Assembly (NCBI RefSeq): GCF_004010195.1
Contig: NC_057718.1
Span: 28,744,277 to 28,808,276, forward strand
Direction: 5' to 3'
DNA from: Chiloscyllium plagiosum
Lineage: Eukaryota
DNA: 64,000 nucleotides
A program made the position numbers and the translations under genes. The notes under the pieces were generated by a model. It was not told where the DNA came from, did not search any database, and was given only the letters and a program-made list of their open reading frames with translations. Below are positions 38,180 to 49,232 of this stretch, in pieces (the first letter of the stretch is position 1; every line of letters begins with the position of its first letter).

Positions 38180-38795
38180 ATAGAAACATAGAAACATAAA
38201 AGATAGGAGCAGGAGGAGGCCATTCAGCCCTTCGAGCCTGCTCTGCCATTCATCACGATCATGGTTGATCGTCCAACTCAATAGCCTAATCCTGCTTTCT
38301 CCCCACTTGATCCCATTCGCCCCAAGTGTTATATCTAACTGCCTCTTGAATACATTCAATGTTTTGGCATCAACTACTTCATGTGGTAATGAATTCCATA
38401 GGCTCACCACTCTTTAGGTGAAGAAATGTTTCCTCATCTCCATCCTAAATGGTCTACCCCAAATCCTAAGACTGTGACTCCTGATTCTGGACAAACCCAT
38501 CGTTGGGAACATTCTGTCTGCATCTACCATATTTAGTCCTGTTAGAATTTTATAAGCCTCTAGAGATCTCCCTAATTCATTTGAACTCCAGCCAAAAACA
38601 ATCATAACCTAGTCAATCTCACTTCAAACATCAGTCCCACCATCCCTGAAATCAGCCTGGTTAACCTTCGCTGCACTCCCTCGAGAGCAAGAGCGTCCTT
38701 CCTCAGAAAAGGAGATCAAAACTGTACACAATATTCTAGGTGTGGCCTCACCAAGGCCCTGTATAACTGCAACAACACATTCCTGCTCTTGTACT
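38180..38795 (-). mobile_element. CR1 3' region
   Basis: (ATAGAAAC)n tail; [16 protein letters not shown] on the minus strand. Confidence 0.9.
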
Positions 38796-38799
38796 AAAT

Positions 38800-39260
38800 A
38801 GGACTGGGTGTCATCAGTGTGCGTGTGAAAACTGTAGCTACGCTTTGGATTGTGTACAATAAGACTGAGGGTCAGATTTTAGATGAAAAATAGAAAGGGA
38901 CCAAAGATTGATCCTTTGGGAACACCAATGACAGTGATGCAGAAGTAGGAAGAGGAACACCCCAAGTGATTCATGGGCTATAATTAGATAAATGAGAATG
39001 GAAGCATGTAGGCACAATCTTGTGCAGCTGGAAAACGATGGAGAGAAGTTGGATGTGGACGATGTGTTTCAATCATATTAAGGGTTTCACAGAAGTCAAG
39101 AAGGACAAGGAGAGAAAGGTTACCTTTTTCATTGTCACACAGTATAACATTTGTGACCTCAGAAAGAGCTGTTTTGGTATTGTTTCTCAAATCGATCAAT
39201 GATTTTGGACCTACTGCATATGAAAAAATTTAATTTGTTCAAGGAAAACATACTTTGGTC
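38800..39260 (-). mobile_element. Old L2-type LINE RT remnant
   Basis: TKTALSEVTNVIL..LSLLVLLDF; GVPKGSIFGPFLF; HADDTQ. Confidence 0.8.
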
Positions 39261-39559
39261 TTTCTCCTTTCTCTCCTTGTCCTTCCTGACTTCTGTGAAA
39301 CCTTTAATATGATTGAAACACATCATCCACATCCAACTTCTCTCCATCGTTTTCCAGCTGTACAAGATTGTGCCTACATGCTTCCATTCTCATTTATCTA
39401 ATTATAGCCCATGAATCACTTGGGGTGTTCCTTTTCCTACTTCTGCATCACTGTCATTGGTGTTCCCAAAGGATCAATCCTTGGTCCCTTTCTATTTTTC
39501 ATCTAAAACCTGACCGTCAGTCTTTTGTACACAAATCCAAAGCATAGCTACAGTTTTCA
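38826..39559. repeat. Long inverted repeat: 294-bp arms, 146-bp spacer
   Basis: 38826-39119 is the reverse complement of 39266-39559, with few differences. Confidence 0.95.
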
Positions 39560-40159
39560 TTTTACTATTATGGCCTTGAGATCCCACAAAGCATTAGCAA
39601 CATGAGCATTTAGCAAACCAAGAGTTGGAAGGTTTGTCTTGGCACATATGCCTAGCATTATTTAGATTACATCACCATTTGTCAGTGGTTAAGCCAAAGG
39701 AATTCAGAAGTGTGGTTTGTAGGCAATGACAGTTAGTTATATCATGGATTGAGATTAATGATGAAAAATGCCACCTGCTTTTAAGCATGTCAATTTCCTC
39801 AATGCCTTACCAATTCAGAAACTGATCTGACAAAACTGCAGCTGCAGAAAACTGGCCAACAGAACTATTGACACTAGAGGTATTCTGTGATTATGTTCAG
39901 ATCATCAATGACTCATACAAGGTGTCACTGATGTAACAACAAATCTCCATCAATTGATGGAGAACAGCTGTCAATTTAATTCAATGGGAAAGTTGAAGCA
40001 AAACTGTGTACAATTCCAGAGGTGGCCTCACCATTGTAGTAAGACTTCCTCACTCTTTACAACAAATCCTCTTGTTATAATAGCTAACATACCATTTTCT
40101 TTCCAATGCCAGTGTGTTAACTTTTCTTATTTGAGTACAAGAACACAAGGAAAGAAGGG

Positions 40160-40320
40160 GCTGTAATTTACTCAGGACAGAGTGTACTGCATCATCCTGG
40201 CATGCTGTTCACTGATCAGTTGGAGCAGGCAATGAAATGATGTGCTGGGTGATAAGGAACTGTGAAAATGGGAGCAGTCTTCTGAGGAGGAGGAGGAGGA
40301 TCATGACATTGAGGAGGACA
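40160..40320 (+). mobile_element. Possible Harbinger transposase C-terminal remnant
   Basis: L*FTQDRVYCIILACCSL followed by an acidic run resembles LQY.P..V..II.AC..LHN. Confidence 0.5.
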
Positions 40321-40789
40321 AAGTTATCCTTGTGCATGACAGCACATGGTACCACGGTACTAAGAATTTGGTACTAAGCCAGATGGAACTCAATTGACAC
40401 CTGGTTCTAACAGATGAGAGCTGAAAAATCTCACCAAGCTGCTTGAGAAAAGTGCACAAGATGCAGTGGAGTAATCTCAAGGTTGAGATGGGACTCAGTG
40501 AACATTTTGCCCAGCTCTACTACTTATCTTGCCACAGTGCATTTCACGCAAAGCCTGGCAAGAGTCCACCATGGTGCTATTAAAATATATAACATATAAT
40601 TTGAATATTTTTGGAATTTGGATTTTAAAAATGATAGATAGGTTTTAGTTAGCTCTGTGAAGGTATTTTTAAAAATGATTAGAAAACAATTTCATCTAAA
40701 TACACCTTTTCTAAGAAGACATTTGACTTCAGTCAACTGTCGAGCAAACCCTTGTGATGTTAATGGATAAAATGTTTATACTGTTTATC

Positions 40790-41762
40790 TCTGTACGAGT
40801 TCCTCAGGGCATTGTTCTAGGCCCAGCCACCTTCAGTTATTTCATCAACAACCTTTTCTCCATCCTAAGGTCAGAAGTGGGGATGTTCCCTGATGATTGC
40901 ACACTATTCAGCACTATTCACCTCTCCTCAGATACTGAGCAATCTATGTTCAAATGCAATAAGATCTGGACAATATCCAAACTTGGATTGACAAGTGGCA
41001 AATAATATTCGCACCAGACAAATGCCACAAAATGACCATCTCCAATAAAAAACAATCCAACCACTACCACCTGACATTAAATACTGTTACTATTATTAAT
41101 CCTCCACTATCAATATCCTGGGAGCTACTATTGACCAGAAACTTAACTGGACTTGCCACATAAACACAATAGCTACAAGAACAGGTCAGAGACTAGGAAG
41201 TAAGTAAATCACCTCATGACTCCCCAAAGCCTGTTCACCATCTACAAGGCACAAGTCAGGAGTGTGATGAAATGCTCCCGATTTGCCTGGATGGGTGTAG
41301 CCCAAAATAAATGCAAGAAGCTTGACACCATCCAGGACAAAGCAGCCCACCTGATTGACACTACATCCACAAGCATCCACTTCTTCCTTACCAATGCTCA
41401 GTAGAAGCAATATGTACTATCTACAAGATGTACTGCAGAAATTCACCAAAGATCCTCAGATACCACCTTCTAAACCCACAAAAACTTCCATCTAGAAGGA
41501 CAAGGGCAATGGTTGCAAGGGAACACCATCATCTGCAAGATCCACTTCAAGCCACTCACCATCCCTCAACTTGACTTGGAAATATAATGCTGTTCCTTCA
41601 CTATCCTGGAATTCCCTTCCTAATAGCATTATAGGTCTACTTACAACACATGAACTGCAGCTGTTCAAGAAGGCAGCTCACCACACTTTCTCAAGGGCAA
41701 CTAAGGACAGGAAATGAATGCTGGCTTGCCAGAGATGTTCATGTCTTACAAATGAATAAATA
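40790..41762 (+). mobile_element. CR1-group LINE (YKAQVRS family) RT plus 3' UTR
   Basis: VPQGIVLGPATF, MFPDDCT, LFTIYKAQVRSVMK; tail ATGCTGGCTTGCCAG..AATGAATAAA. Confidence 0.9.
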
Positions 41763-41779
41763 ATACTTTGAAGAATTCC

Positions 41780-43440
41780 TCTGGGGACTCTGCTACATTG
41801 GATCTTTGGTGACTGCCATATGCTTCTCTTTTTTGACTTAAACCTAACCTTTCATCACATGACATTTAGGGTTGTCCAATCATGGTCCCATGATTTTCTT
41901 TATGGGAACATAATTACCTTGTACTCTCCCTATTTCCTCCTTGAATGTTTTTCACCGATCTTCCAGTTTTCTCTGCAAATAGCCACTCCCAGGCTACTTT
42001 GGCCAAAGCATATCTTCGTAAATTTGGCTTTTCTCCAGCTTATAACTTTTATTTTCAGACCATCTTTATCCTTTTCCATAACTATCTTAAATCTAATTGA
42101 GTTTTGGTCACTATCTCCAAAGTGGTCCCTGTTACAAGGTAGAGGTCGAACACCCCTGCTAATTAAACCAAAGCACCCAGAAAAGCTCACTTTGCCTCGT
42201 AATCTGTTAAAAGTATGAGTGAGTGAAAGAAAACCCCTGATTTCCACTGTTTAAAGGAAAAAAATAACAATTTATTTTCGTAAATCTAACAGTGAACACT
42301 AAATAAAAATTAGTAATAAATCCAAGCGTCCTTTTTGTTAAATAATCACCATCTGACCCCAACTCTATAAAATACTGCTCCAATAATACAATTATTCAAC
42401 ATTAAATCAATTTAATCTCTCAAAGTCCATATAGTCTCTTACGTTGTCTTCCTTCCAGTCTTCTGAATCTGTTTTTTCCTCCCATCCTTCGAATTCTGCT
42501 GTCTTCTTCCTGGATTGTCTTCTTACTTCTTTACTGTTTTTACTGGAAAAAGTACTAATGATAGTAGTGCCTTCTGATATTTCTCTGAGAGTGAAATGTT
42601 TAGTTCTTCTGATGACAGTTGCTCTCTGGCCCGATGGGCAGATAGCTCTCACCAATTTTCACAATGCCCTTCCTTTTTACACTCCCAAGACTTGTATCCT
42701 CTCCTTGAATGTTGTCAATACAATCAAAATGCAAATTCAATTGTTTTTTTGGTATTCTGGGCTTAATTTAAATTAATTGGTTAAATTAAAATTTGGTGTC
42801 TTAACATCAAAATACAATCCCAAGTTGCTTATTACATATTATCAATTCTCAATATTCTCTGCACCTGTCAACGAGATACAGACAATGTGCTGTCAAAAAT
42901 CACTCAGCTCAGAAAAAGCACTTTGGTTCGTAAAGGGCCTTGCATTCTTTTCAACATTGTAACAGTCCCCTACTGGCCATTACACCCAAAACTGCACTCT
43001 ACCTTCTTTGGTTTTCTACCTACAAGCTAAAATGGTTCTCCTCGATTTAATTTAAGAGTTATGTTGCCTCCTTACCTTGCACACTGAAACTATCCAGTTA
43101 ATATTTAGATAGTTAAAAATCTTCTTGGAGATTTTTACTGCCTGATTATTCTTGGAGCTCTCTGTAGTTTGATTACATATTTGTTCCTCAATCTCTCCCT
43201 GACTGGAGGCCCAGTATGCACATTCAACAGTGTTTTGTGTGCTTCATTTCCATCCATATGGCTTCCTCATTCAGTAATCCTTCCAAGATATTATCCTTCC
43301 TCACTGAATCAATTCCTTCATAAATATTGGCAACCCAACTTCTTTTTCTATCACTTTCTATCTTGTCTGAATACCATATACCACAAATTCTGAGCTGCTA
43401 ATTCTTCTCAACTTTCAGCCAAGTCTTGTCCGTAGCTACT
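41780..43440 (-). mobile_element. Old CR1 endonuclease-region remnant interrupted by a solo LTR
   Basis: DHFGDSDQNSIRF..SWRKAKF left of the LTR; YWPPV-like endonuclease motif to its right. Confidence 0.7.
42130..42964 (-). mobile_element. Solo LTR (835 bp)
   Basis: TGTTACAA...TTGTAACA inverted termini; flanking direct repeat GTCCC; strand inferred from TTTATT near 42271. Confidence 0.85.
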
Positions 43441-43444
43441 ACAG

Positions 43445-44250
43445 GACTGTCATGGACCTCATCTCCTGAGGAGAGCTCCCCTCCATAATTTCCCACTGCA
43501 TAATCCTCCAACTCCACAACAATCTGCTTCTACCTCCTTCCCAAAAGGAGGTAGATTTGACCTGGTAGACCCATAGTTTCAGCTATTCCTGTCCCACTTA
43601 ACTTATTTCTTACAATTTTGATGCTATTTCCCTCCCTCATTCAGACTCCTCTTACTTACATTCACTTCCTACACTTTATGTCAGTTTCATAATTTCTAGT
43701 TTTGTGGTCCTAGCTGCCTCCTTTTTGCCATGGATATTCAATCCCTCTGCACATCCATCTGCCATCAGGATGGTGTGAAGGCTCTCTGCTTCTTCCTTGA
43801 AAATAGGTCTGTACAACGTACATCCACCAGCATGCTCTTTGCCTGACTGGGCTTCTTCTTACTTTGAACAACTAATCCTTTAACTCATTTTATTTTCTCC
43901 AAGTCAAAGGAGTGCCCACGGGTACCCATTTGACTCCCAGCTATGTCTGTCTGTGTGTGAGATATGTGGAATATTTCTTGTTCTAGTCCTACTTGGGCTC
44001 CTGTCCACAACTCTTTCACCAATACATCAATGATGTCTTCAGTTGAGCTTCCAGCTCTCTTCCGGAACTGGAAAAATTAATCAGCTTTACTTCCAATTTC
44101 TATCCTTTTCTCACCTTCACCTGGTCCATCTCTAACTTTTCCCTTCCATTCTTTAACTGAAAATTTCCATTTCTGAGGATAGGCTGTCGATCAATATCCA
44201 TTATGAGTTCTTCGACTCCCACAGTTACCTCGACTACATCTCCTCACACC
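43445..44250 (+). mobile_element. Penelope-like RT remnant
   Basis: FYLLPK, PGRPIVS, FAMDIQSLCTSI, LQVKGVPTGT, QYINDVF. Confidence 0.9.
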
Positions 44251-44277
44251 ATCCTTCGTGCGAGAAATCTACTGCAG

Positions 44278-44777
44278 NNNNNNNNNNNNNNNNNNNNNNN
44301 NNNNNNNNNNNNNNNNNNNNNNNNNNNNNNNNNNNNNNNNNNNNNNNNNNNNNNNNNNNNNNNNNNNNNNNNNNNNNNNNNNNNNNNNNNNNNNNNNNNN
44401 NNNNNNNNNNNNNNNNNNNNNNNNNNNNNNNNNNNNNNNNNNNNNNNNNNNNNNNNNNNNNNNNNNNNNNNNNNNNNNNNNNNNNNNNNNNNNNNNNNNN
44501 NNNNNNNNNNNNNNNNNNNNNNNNNNNNNNNNNNNNNNNNNNNNNNNNNNNNNNNNNNNNNNNNNNNNNNNNNNNNNNNNNNNNNNNNNNNNNNNNNNNN
44601 NNNNNNNNNNNNNNNNNNNNNNNNNNNNNNNNNNNNNNNNNNNNNNNNNNNNNNNNNNNNNNNNNNNNNNNNNNNNNNNNNNNNNNNNNNNNNNNNNNNN
44701 NNNNNNNNNNNNNNNNNNNNNNNNNNNNNNNNNNNNNNNNNNNNNNNNNNNNNNNNNNNNNNNNNNNNNNNNNNNNN
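44278..44777. other. Assembly gap
   Basis: Run of N. Confidence 1.
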
Positions 44778-46239
44778 ACCTGCGTGCGCACACAACCATG
44801 GGTGCTGGGGAAAAATAAGCACTACTGCAGTTAGGCCGTAGTGTGGGGGTTAATTTAAAAAAAGAATAAACAGACGATAAGGGCACTGCTTGTCACTGGC
44901 CACTTGGGTGTTTTCCTCAGAAGAAGAAAAAAAGAAACAGGAGTGCCAGAGCTTAAAGAAAAAAGAAATAACCAGAGCTGAAAAATGTGTTGCTGGAAAA
45001 GTGCAGCAGGTCAGGCAGCATCTAAGGAGCAGGCGAATCGACGTTTTGGGCATAAGCCCTTCTTTCTGAAGAAGGGCTTATGCCCGAAACGTCGATTCTC
45101 CTGCTCCTTGGATGCTGCGTGACCTGCTGCACTTTTCCAGCAACACATTTTTCAGCTATGATCTCCAGCATCTGCAGTCCTCACTTTCGCCTGACTAACA
45201 TAACCAGGAGACTCAATTCTATTTTGATTTAACCCCTGCCCTGCCCTTCACTGTTTGATCTCGCAGCATTGCCCTTTGATGTGAAGGGCAGTGCTAGTCA
45301 CTGGCCACTCGGGTGTTTCCTTTCTTCCTGGTGGTGGAAACTGAATAAAGATTCGTGCATCTTGTGTCTTTCACTGTGTCCCACACCTGCACACACACAC
45401 AACATGGATGCTGGGGAAAAAATAAGCACTACCGCAGAAAAAAAAAGAAAAAAAAACACAGGAGACTGTGCTGGAGGGAGGTTGTGGAAGCAGGATGGGC
45501 TGTCTTAGAGGTGGTCGGAAGGTGTGCCAGGGTGGACTGAAAGCCGGAAGGGGCATAGGGGCAGGTTGCCTGAGAGTGGCCGGAAGGTGAGAGGGACGAT
45601 GACCGGGACGGGGTCTTGCTAGGTTTCTGGGGGATCTGTACTGTATGCATTGTTATGTAATTAGACTGTGTCTTGTATGCACAAATGTTAATGTTACTGT
45701 CTGTAATGATTGAAACTGGGATTTGAGGTTCCTCATTTCCCTGAAAACTGGTTGAATGTTAGGGTTTGGGGCCTGGCTTTGCTGCTCCTCTTCCTTGTAA
45801 AATTGCTGTATCTCTGCATGCAGCTGTAAATGTTAATTGTTTTGTAAACTGTGAATTGTTTAATAAAATATAATAACCAGGAGACTGTGCTGGAGGGGGG
45901 GGGGGGGGGGGGTTGGGGAAGCAGGATGGGCTGTCCTAAATTATGTGTACTTCTTTTATGTAACTGGACTATCTTATGTACAGATGTCATTGTTACTGGT
46001 TGTAATGATTGAAACTGGGATTTGAGATTTGTCCTCATTTCCCTGAAAACTGGTTGAACGGTAGGGGCTGGGGCCTGGCTTTGCCATTCCTTTCCCCTGC
46101 AAAATGGCTGTTTCTCTGTACACAGTTGTTAATGTTAACTGTTTTGTAATCTGCGTAGTGTTTAATAAAATTTATAACTAGGGGAAAAAAATAACCAGGA
46201 GACTAGAAAAAAGATAAAAGAAAATATAACCAGGAGATT
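44778..46239 (+). mobile_element. Tandem array of A-tailed Tx1-type 3' fragments separated by ATAACCAGGAGACT
   Basis: The unit at 45214 begins AATTCTATTTTGATTTAA (NSILI*), matching the Tx1 ORF2 end seen at 3.9-4.2 kb; the motif recurs after each A tail. Confidence 0.75.
44976..45192. mobile_element. Palindromic Penelope-derived insert (inverted termini) with hammerhead core
   Basis: Arms 44976-45064 and 45069-45157; intact core at 45066-45093. Confidence 0.9.
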
Positions 46240-46358
46240 TAGAACCCCATCAGTTCAGGGCTTTGACTCCGAACTGGCTGATTACAGCCAGTGTACTCTG
46301 CACAAGTAAATAAAGGGTGACTTGGTGGTGGGATACTCGCCTCTGTGCAGTTATTTCG
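46240..46358 (+). mobile_element. Probable 3' part of an LTR
   Basis: GTAAATAAAGGGTGACTTGG..GTTATTTCG: polyA signal and LTR-like end; recalled resemblance to shark Gypsy LTRs. Confidence 0.5.
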
Positions 46359-46449
46359 TGGGGAAAAGGAGAAACAGACATAAAAACAGAAACAAAAAGA
46401 ACAGAATATATATATATATAAAAAAAACACAGACACACACATTGAACTT

Positions 46450-46763
46450 TCCCCAAAGTATACAACATTTGTTTCAAAATAGGGAAACGCAGCAGCCATT
46501 TCTGCACAGCAAGTTCTCATAATTAGACAACTGATCAGATTTAATTATGTTACCTATCAGAGAACCATTGCCCATAAAGTGAAGAACTCTCAGGAAGACT
46601 CTATTGTTTCTCACTGCCACAAATGAGGATGGATGCCTTAATATAACTAAACTGAAAATGGTACTCTGACAGTGCAGCATTCTCCCAGCATTGCACTAAA
46701 GTGTCCGTTTGGATTATGTTCCCTGGAACTCAGAGGCAAAAAGTGCTGCCATTAAACCAAGCC
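46450..46763 (-). mobile_element. SacSINE1-like DeuSINE, degenerate
   Basis: Minus strand CTTGCTGTGCAGAAATGGCTGCTGCGTTTCCC (Deu-domain-like); tRNA head GCACTTTTTGCCTCTGAGT. Confidence 0.75.
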
Positions 46764-47241
46764 TCAAAAAATAAAAAGGGACACAAAAACAGTCAGAGAC
46801 AAAGAGAGAAAGCGGCAAAACAGAATGGAAAGGAAGAAAGACAAAAACCCAGGGATAAGGATTTTCTGAGCATTTTAAGTGTTTGATTCCAAACCTTTTT
46901 TGCATCACCAGCAGTAAGGAAAACACTGCCAAACTCAGGCAACTGTAAGATAGCTGATTTATTGAGTACAAGTTTGCTCTTCCTTTTGGATTAGTATGGT
47001 TGCATGATGATAATCTATTTCAGTGCTGCCACGTGACCTTACTTGGAATTTTGGCACAGAGACAAGCAGTACAGCTGGTAATCTGGATACAGATCTGCCA
47101 TCCTATGAGCACTACATCATTCAATTAATATAAAATTTCATCCTTACAGCTACAAATGATCTCTTGGTGAGAAATAACCACAGGGATGTATTTACACATG
47201 CACCCTGCATTCCCACTGTTATTTTCCATGCACAAACTAAG

Positions 47242-47714
47242 ATATGGGTTCTTAGTGAGGTGGAGGAACAGAGGGATCTTGGGGTCTATGTTCATAGATC
47301 TTTGAAAGTTGCCACTCAGGTGGATAGAGCTTGTAAGAAGGCCTATGGTATATTAGCGTTCATTAGCAGAGGGATTGAATTCAAGAGTCGTGAAGTGATG
47401 TTGCAACTGTACAGGACTTTGGTTAGGCCACATTTGGAGTACTGTGTGCAGTTCTGGTCGCCTCACTTTAGGAAAGATGTGGAAGCTTTGGAGAGGGTGC
47501 AGAGAAAATTTACCAGGATGTTGCCTTGAGTGGTGGGGGCATGGAATGCGCTGCCTGTGGTAGTGGTAGAGTCAGAATCTTTGGTGACCTTTAAGCGGCA
47601 ATTGGATAGGTACATGGATGGGTGCTTAAGCTAGGACAAATGTTCGGCACAACATCGTGGGCCGAAGGGCCTGTTCTGTGCTGTATTGTTCTATGTTCTA
47701 TGTTCTATGTTCTA
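47242..47714 (+). mobile_element. CR1 3' region with internal deletion near 47527
   Basis: [32 protein letters not shown], then 3' UTR and (TATGTTC)n. Confidence 0.95.
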
Positions 47715-47788
47715 TACATTTGAGATTGCCTGGTGTGCTACAGAAATGACAGATGACAACTTGATTTTAAAGTCATGCATGCCGAACA

Positions 47789-47977
47789 TAGGCTGACCAG
47801 ATTTTCAAAAGTCAAATCAGGACACATTGATAAATCAGGGAATGGAATGGCTCCATAATGATGATTGACATATTGGCTTGGTAACCAATAGCAAAAGTCT
47901 CAACCTGGGACAGTGGAAGGTGGGAAATCATGTAAACATATCTCCTGGAATTGGTCTAGCTAAAATTGGGAACCCTA
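47789..47977. mobile_element. Possible small hAT-like non-autonomous element
   Basis: Imperfect termini TAGGCTGACCA...TGGGAACCCTA; no TSD visible. Confidence 0.35.
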
Positions 47978-48944
47978 GTCCATAGACTTTTGAAAGGTGT
48001 CATTGGCAATGGAGTCATTGACCTAAAAAGTCTCCCTTAGAGACTTCAAGTGGGAGATGAGTGGGAGGGATAGAGGACTGCTGCATGCAATGCAATACCA
48101 CACATTGCAATGGGATAGACATGGACAGGAAGGGCAATATTTCACAATGATTTTTTCTCCCTCTCCACAGTTTGTGTTTGACAACGATAGTACATGTAAA
48201 AACTGTGACCCTTGACCTATTTTTAGGCAACTGTCAGGACAGGTGGACATTTAATTAAAAATTATCCGAGAAATTATCTGCGACATGAACCAGGAAGACT
48301 TGAGCATCATAATAGGAATATAATGCCCCAACATACAAAAGAATAGGAGATAACAGAAGGCCCATGGTCAAGCTGAGGTTGAAACTACACAATGGAACAA
48401 AGGCGAGAAGCTAAAGAAGGATATGAATTCAAGGTTAAGGCAGGGGAAATCTTGGTGTAAATCTATCTTGGTGGCCATGAGAAAGCAGAAACATAAGTGA
48501 AGTAGATGAATGAATCCTCTCAATCTTAGTGATGTTTTGACAGAAATGAGAGCAGAAGAGGCTGATGACATAGGTTCAAGATAACAGTTTGTAGTGGAGA
48601 AAGGGAGTTTTAAGCAGGGATTGTCTTGGAATAGCAGGCTGTTTGAGAAGTGTGAGCAGAGCCCAATCGTGTTTGATGTGATCCAGCCAGGTCTGGGTGA
48701 ATAACTAGACAGATTGAACACCAGATACTCTAGGTGCCTTTGGAATTGAGGGAATACTTTGTGCAATAACTAGGATGGATGAGATGAAGCATTTCATTAA
48801 GAGAAGGGTGTCAAGGCAAAGAATATGGAGTAACTAAGCAGATCAATATCTGTGGAACATTTGCAACAAACAAAGGATAAAAACTGGACAATTGGGAGTT
48901 TCAGGAGCACTTAAATTATTTAAACTTAGTGGCTCAGTGGTTGG

Positions 48945-49232
48945 GGCAGCATATGGCTCAGTGGTTAACACTACTACCTCACAGCGCCAGGGAGCCAGGT
49001 TCAATTCCATCATTGGGTAACTGTCTGTATGGAGTTTGCATATTCTCCCAGTTTTGGCTTCCTTCCAGTGTCCAAAGATGTGCAGGTTAGGTGGATTGCC
49101 CATGCTAAATTGCCCTGAAGTGTGTAGACTTGCAGGGTTATGGGGGGAAGGGTAGGGGTCTGGTGGGATGCTCTTTGGGGGGGTCAAACCAGACCTTAGG
49201 GCCATATCACACTGTTTCTGCACTGTAAGGAC
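48945..49232 (+). mobile_element. HE1-like SINE
   Basis: Homologous to 31-340; TGGCTCAGTGGTT is duplicated just upstream at about 48930. Confidence 0.9.

Noticed and set aside
44866..46239. CRISPR-like array
   Set aside because: Eukaryotic context; the repeat is only 14 bp; spacers are irregular A-tailed retroelement pieces; no cas genes
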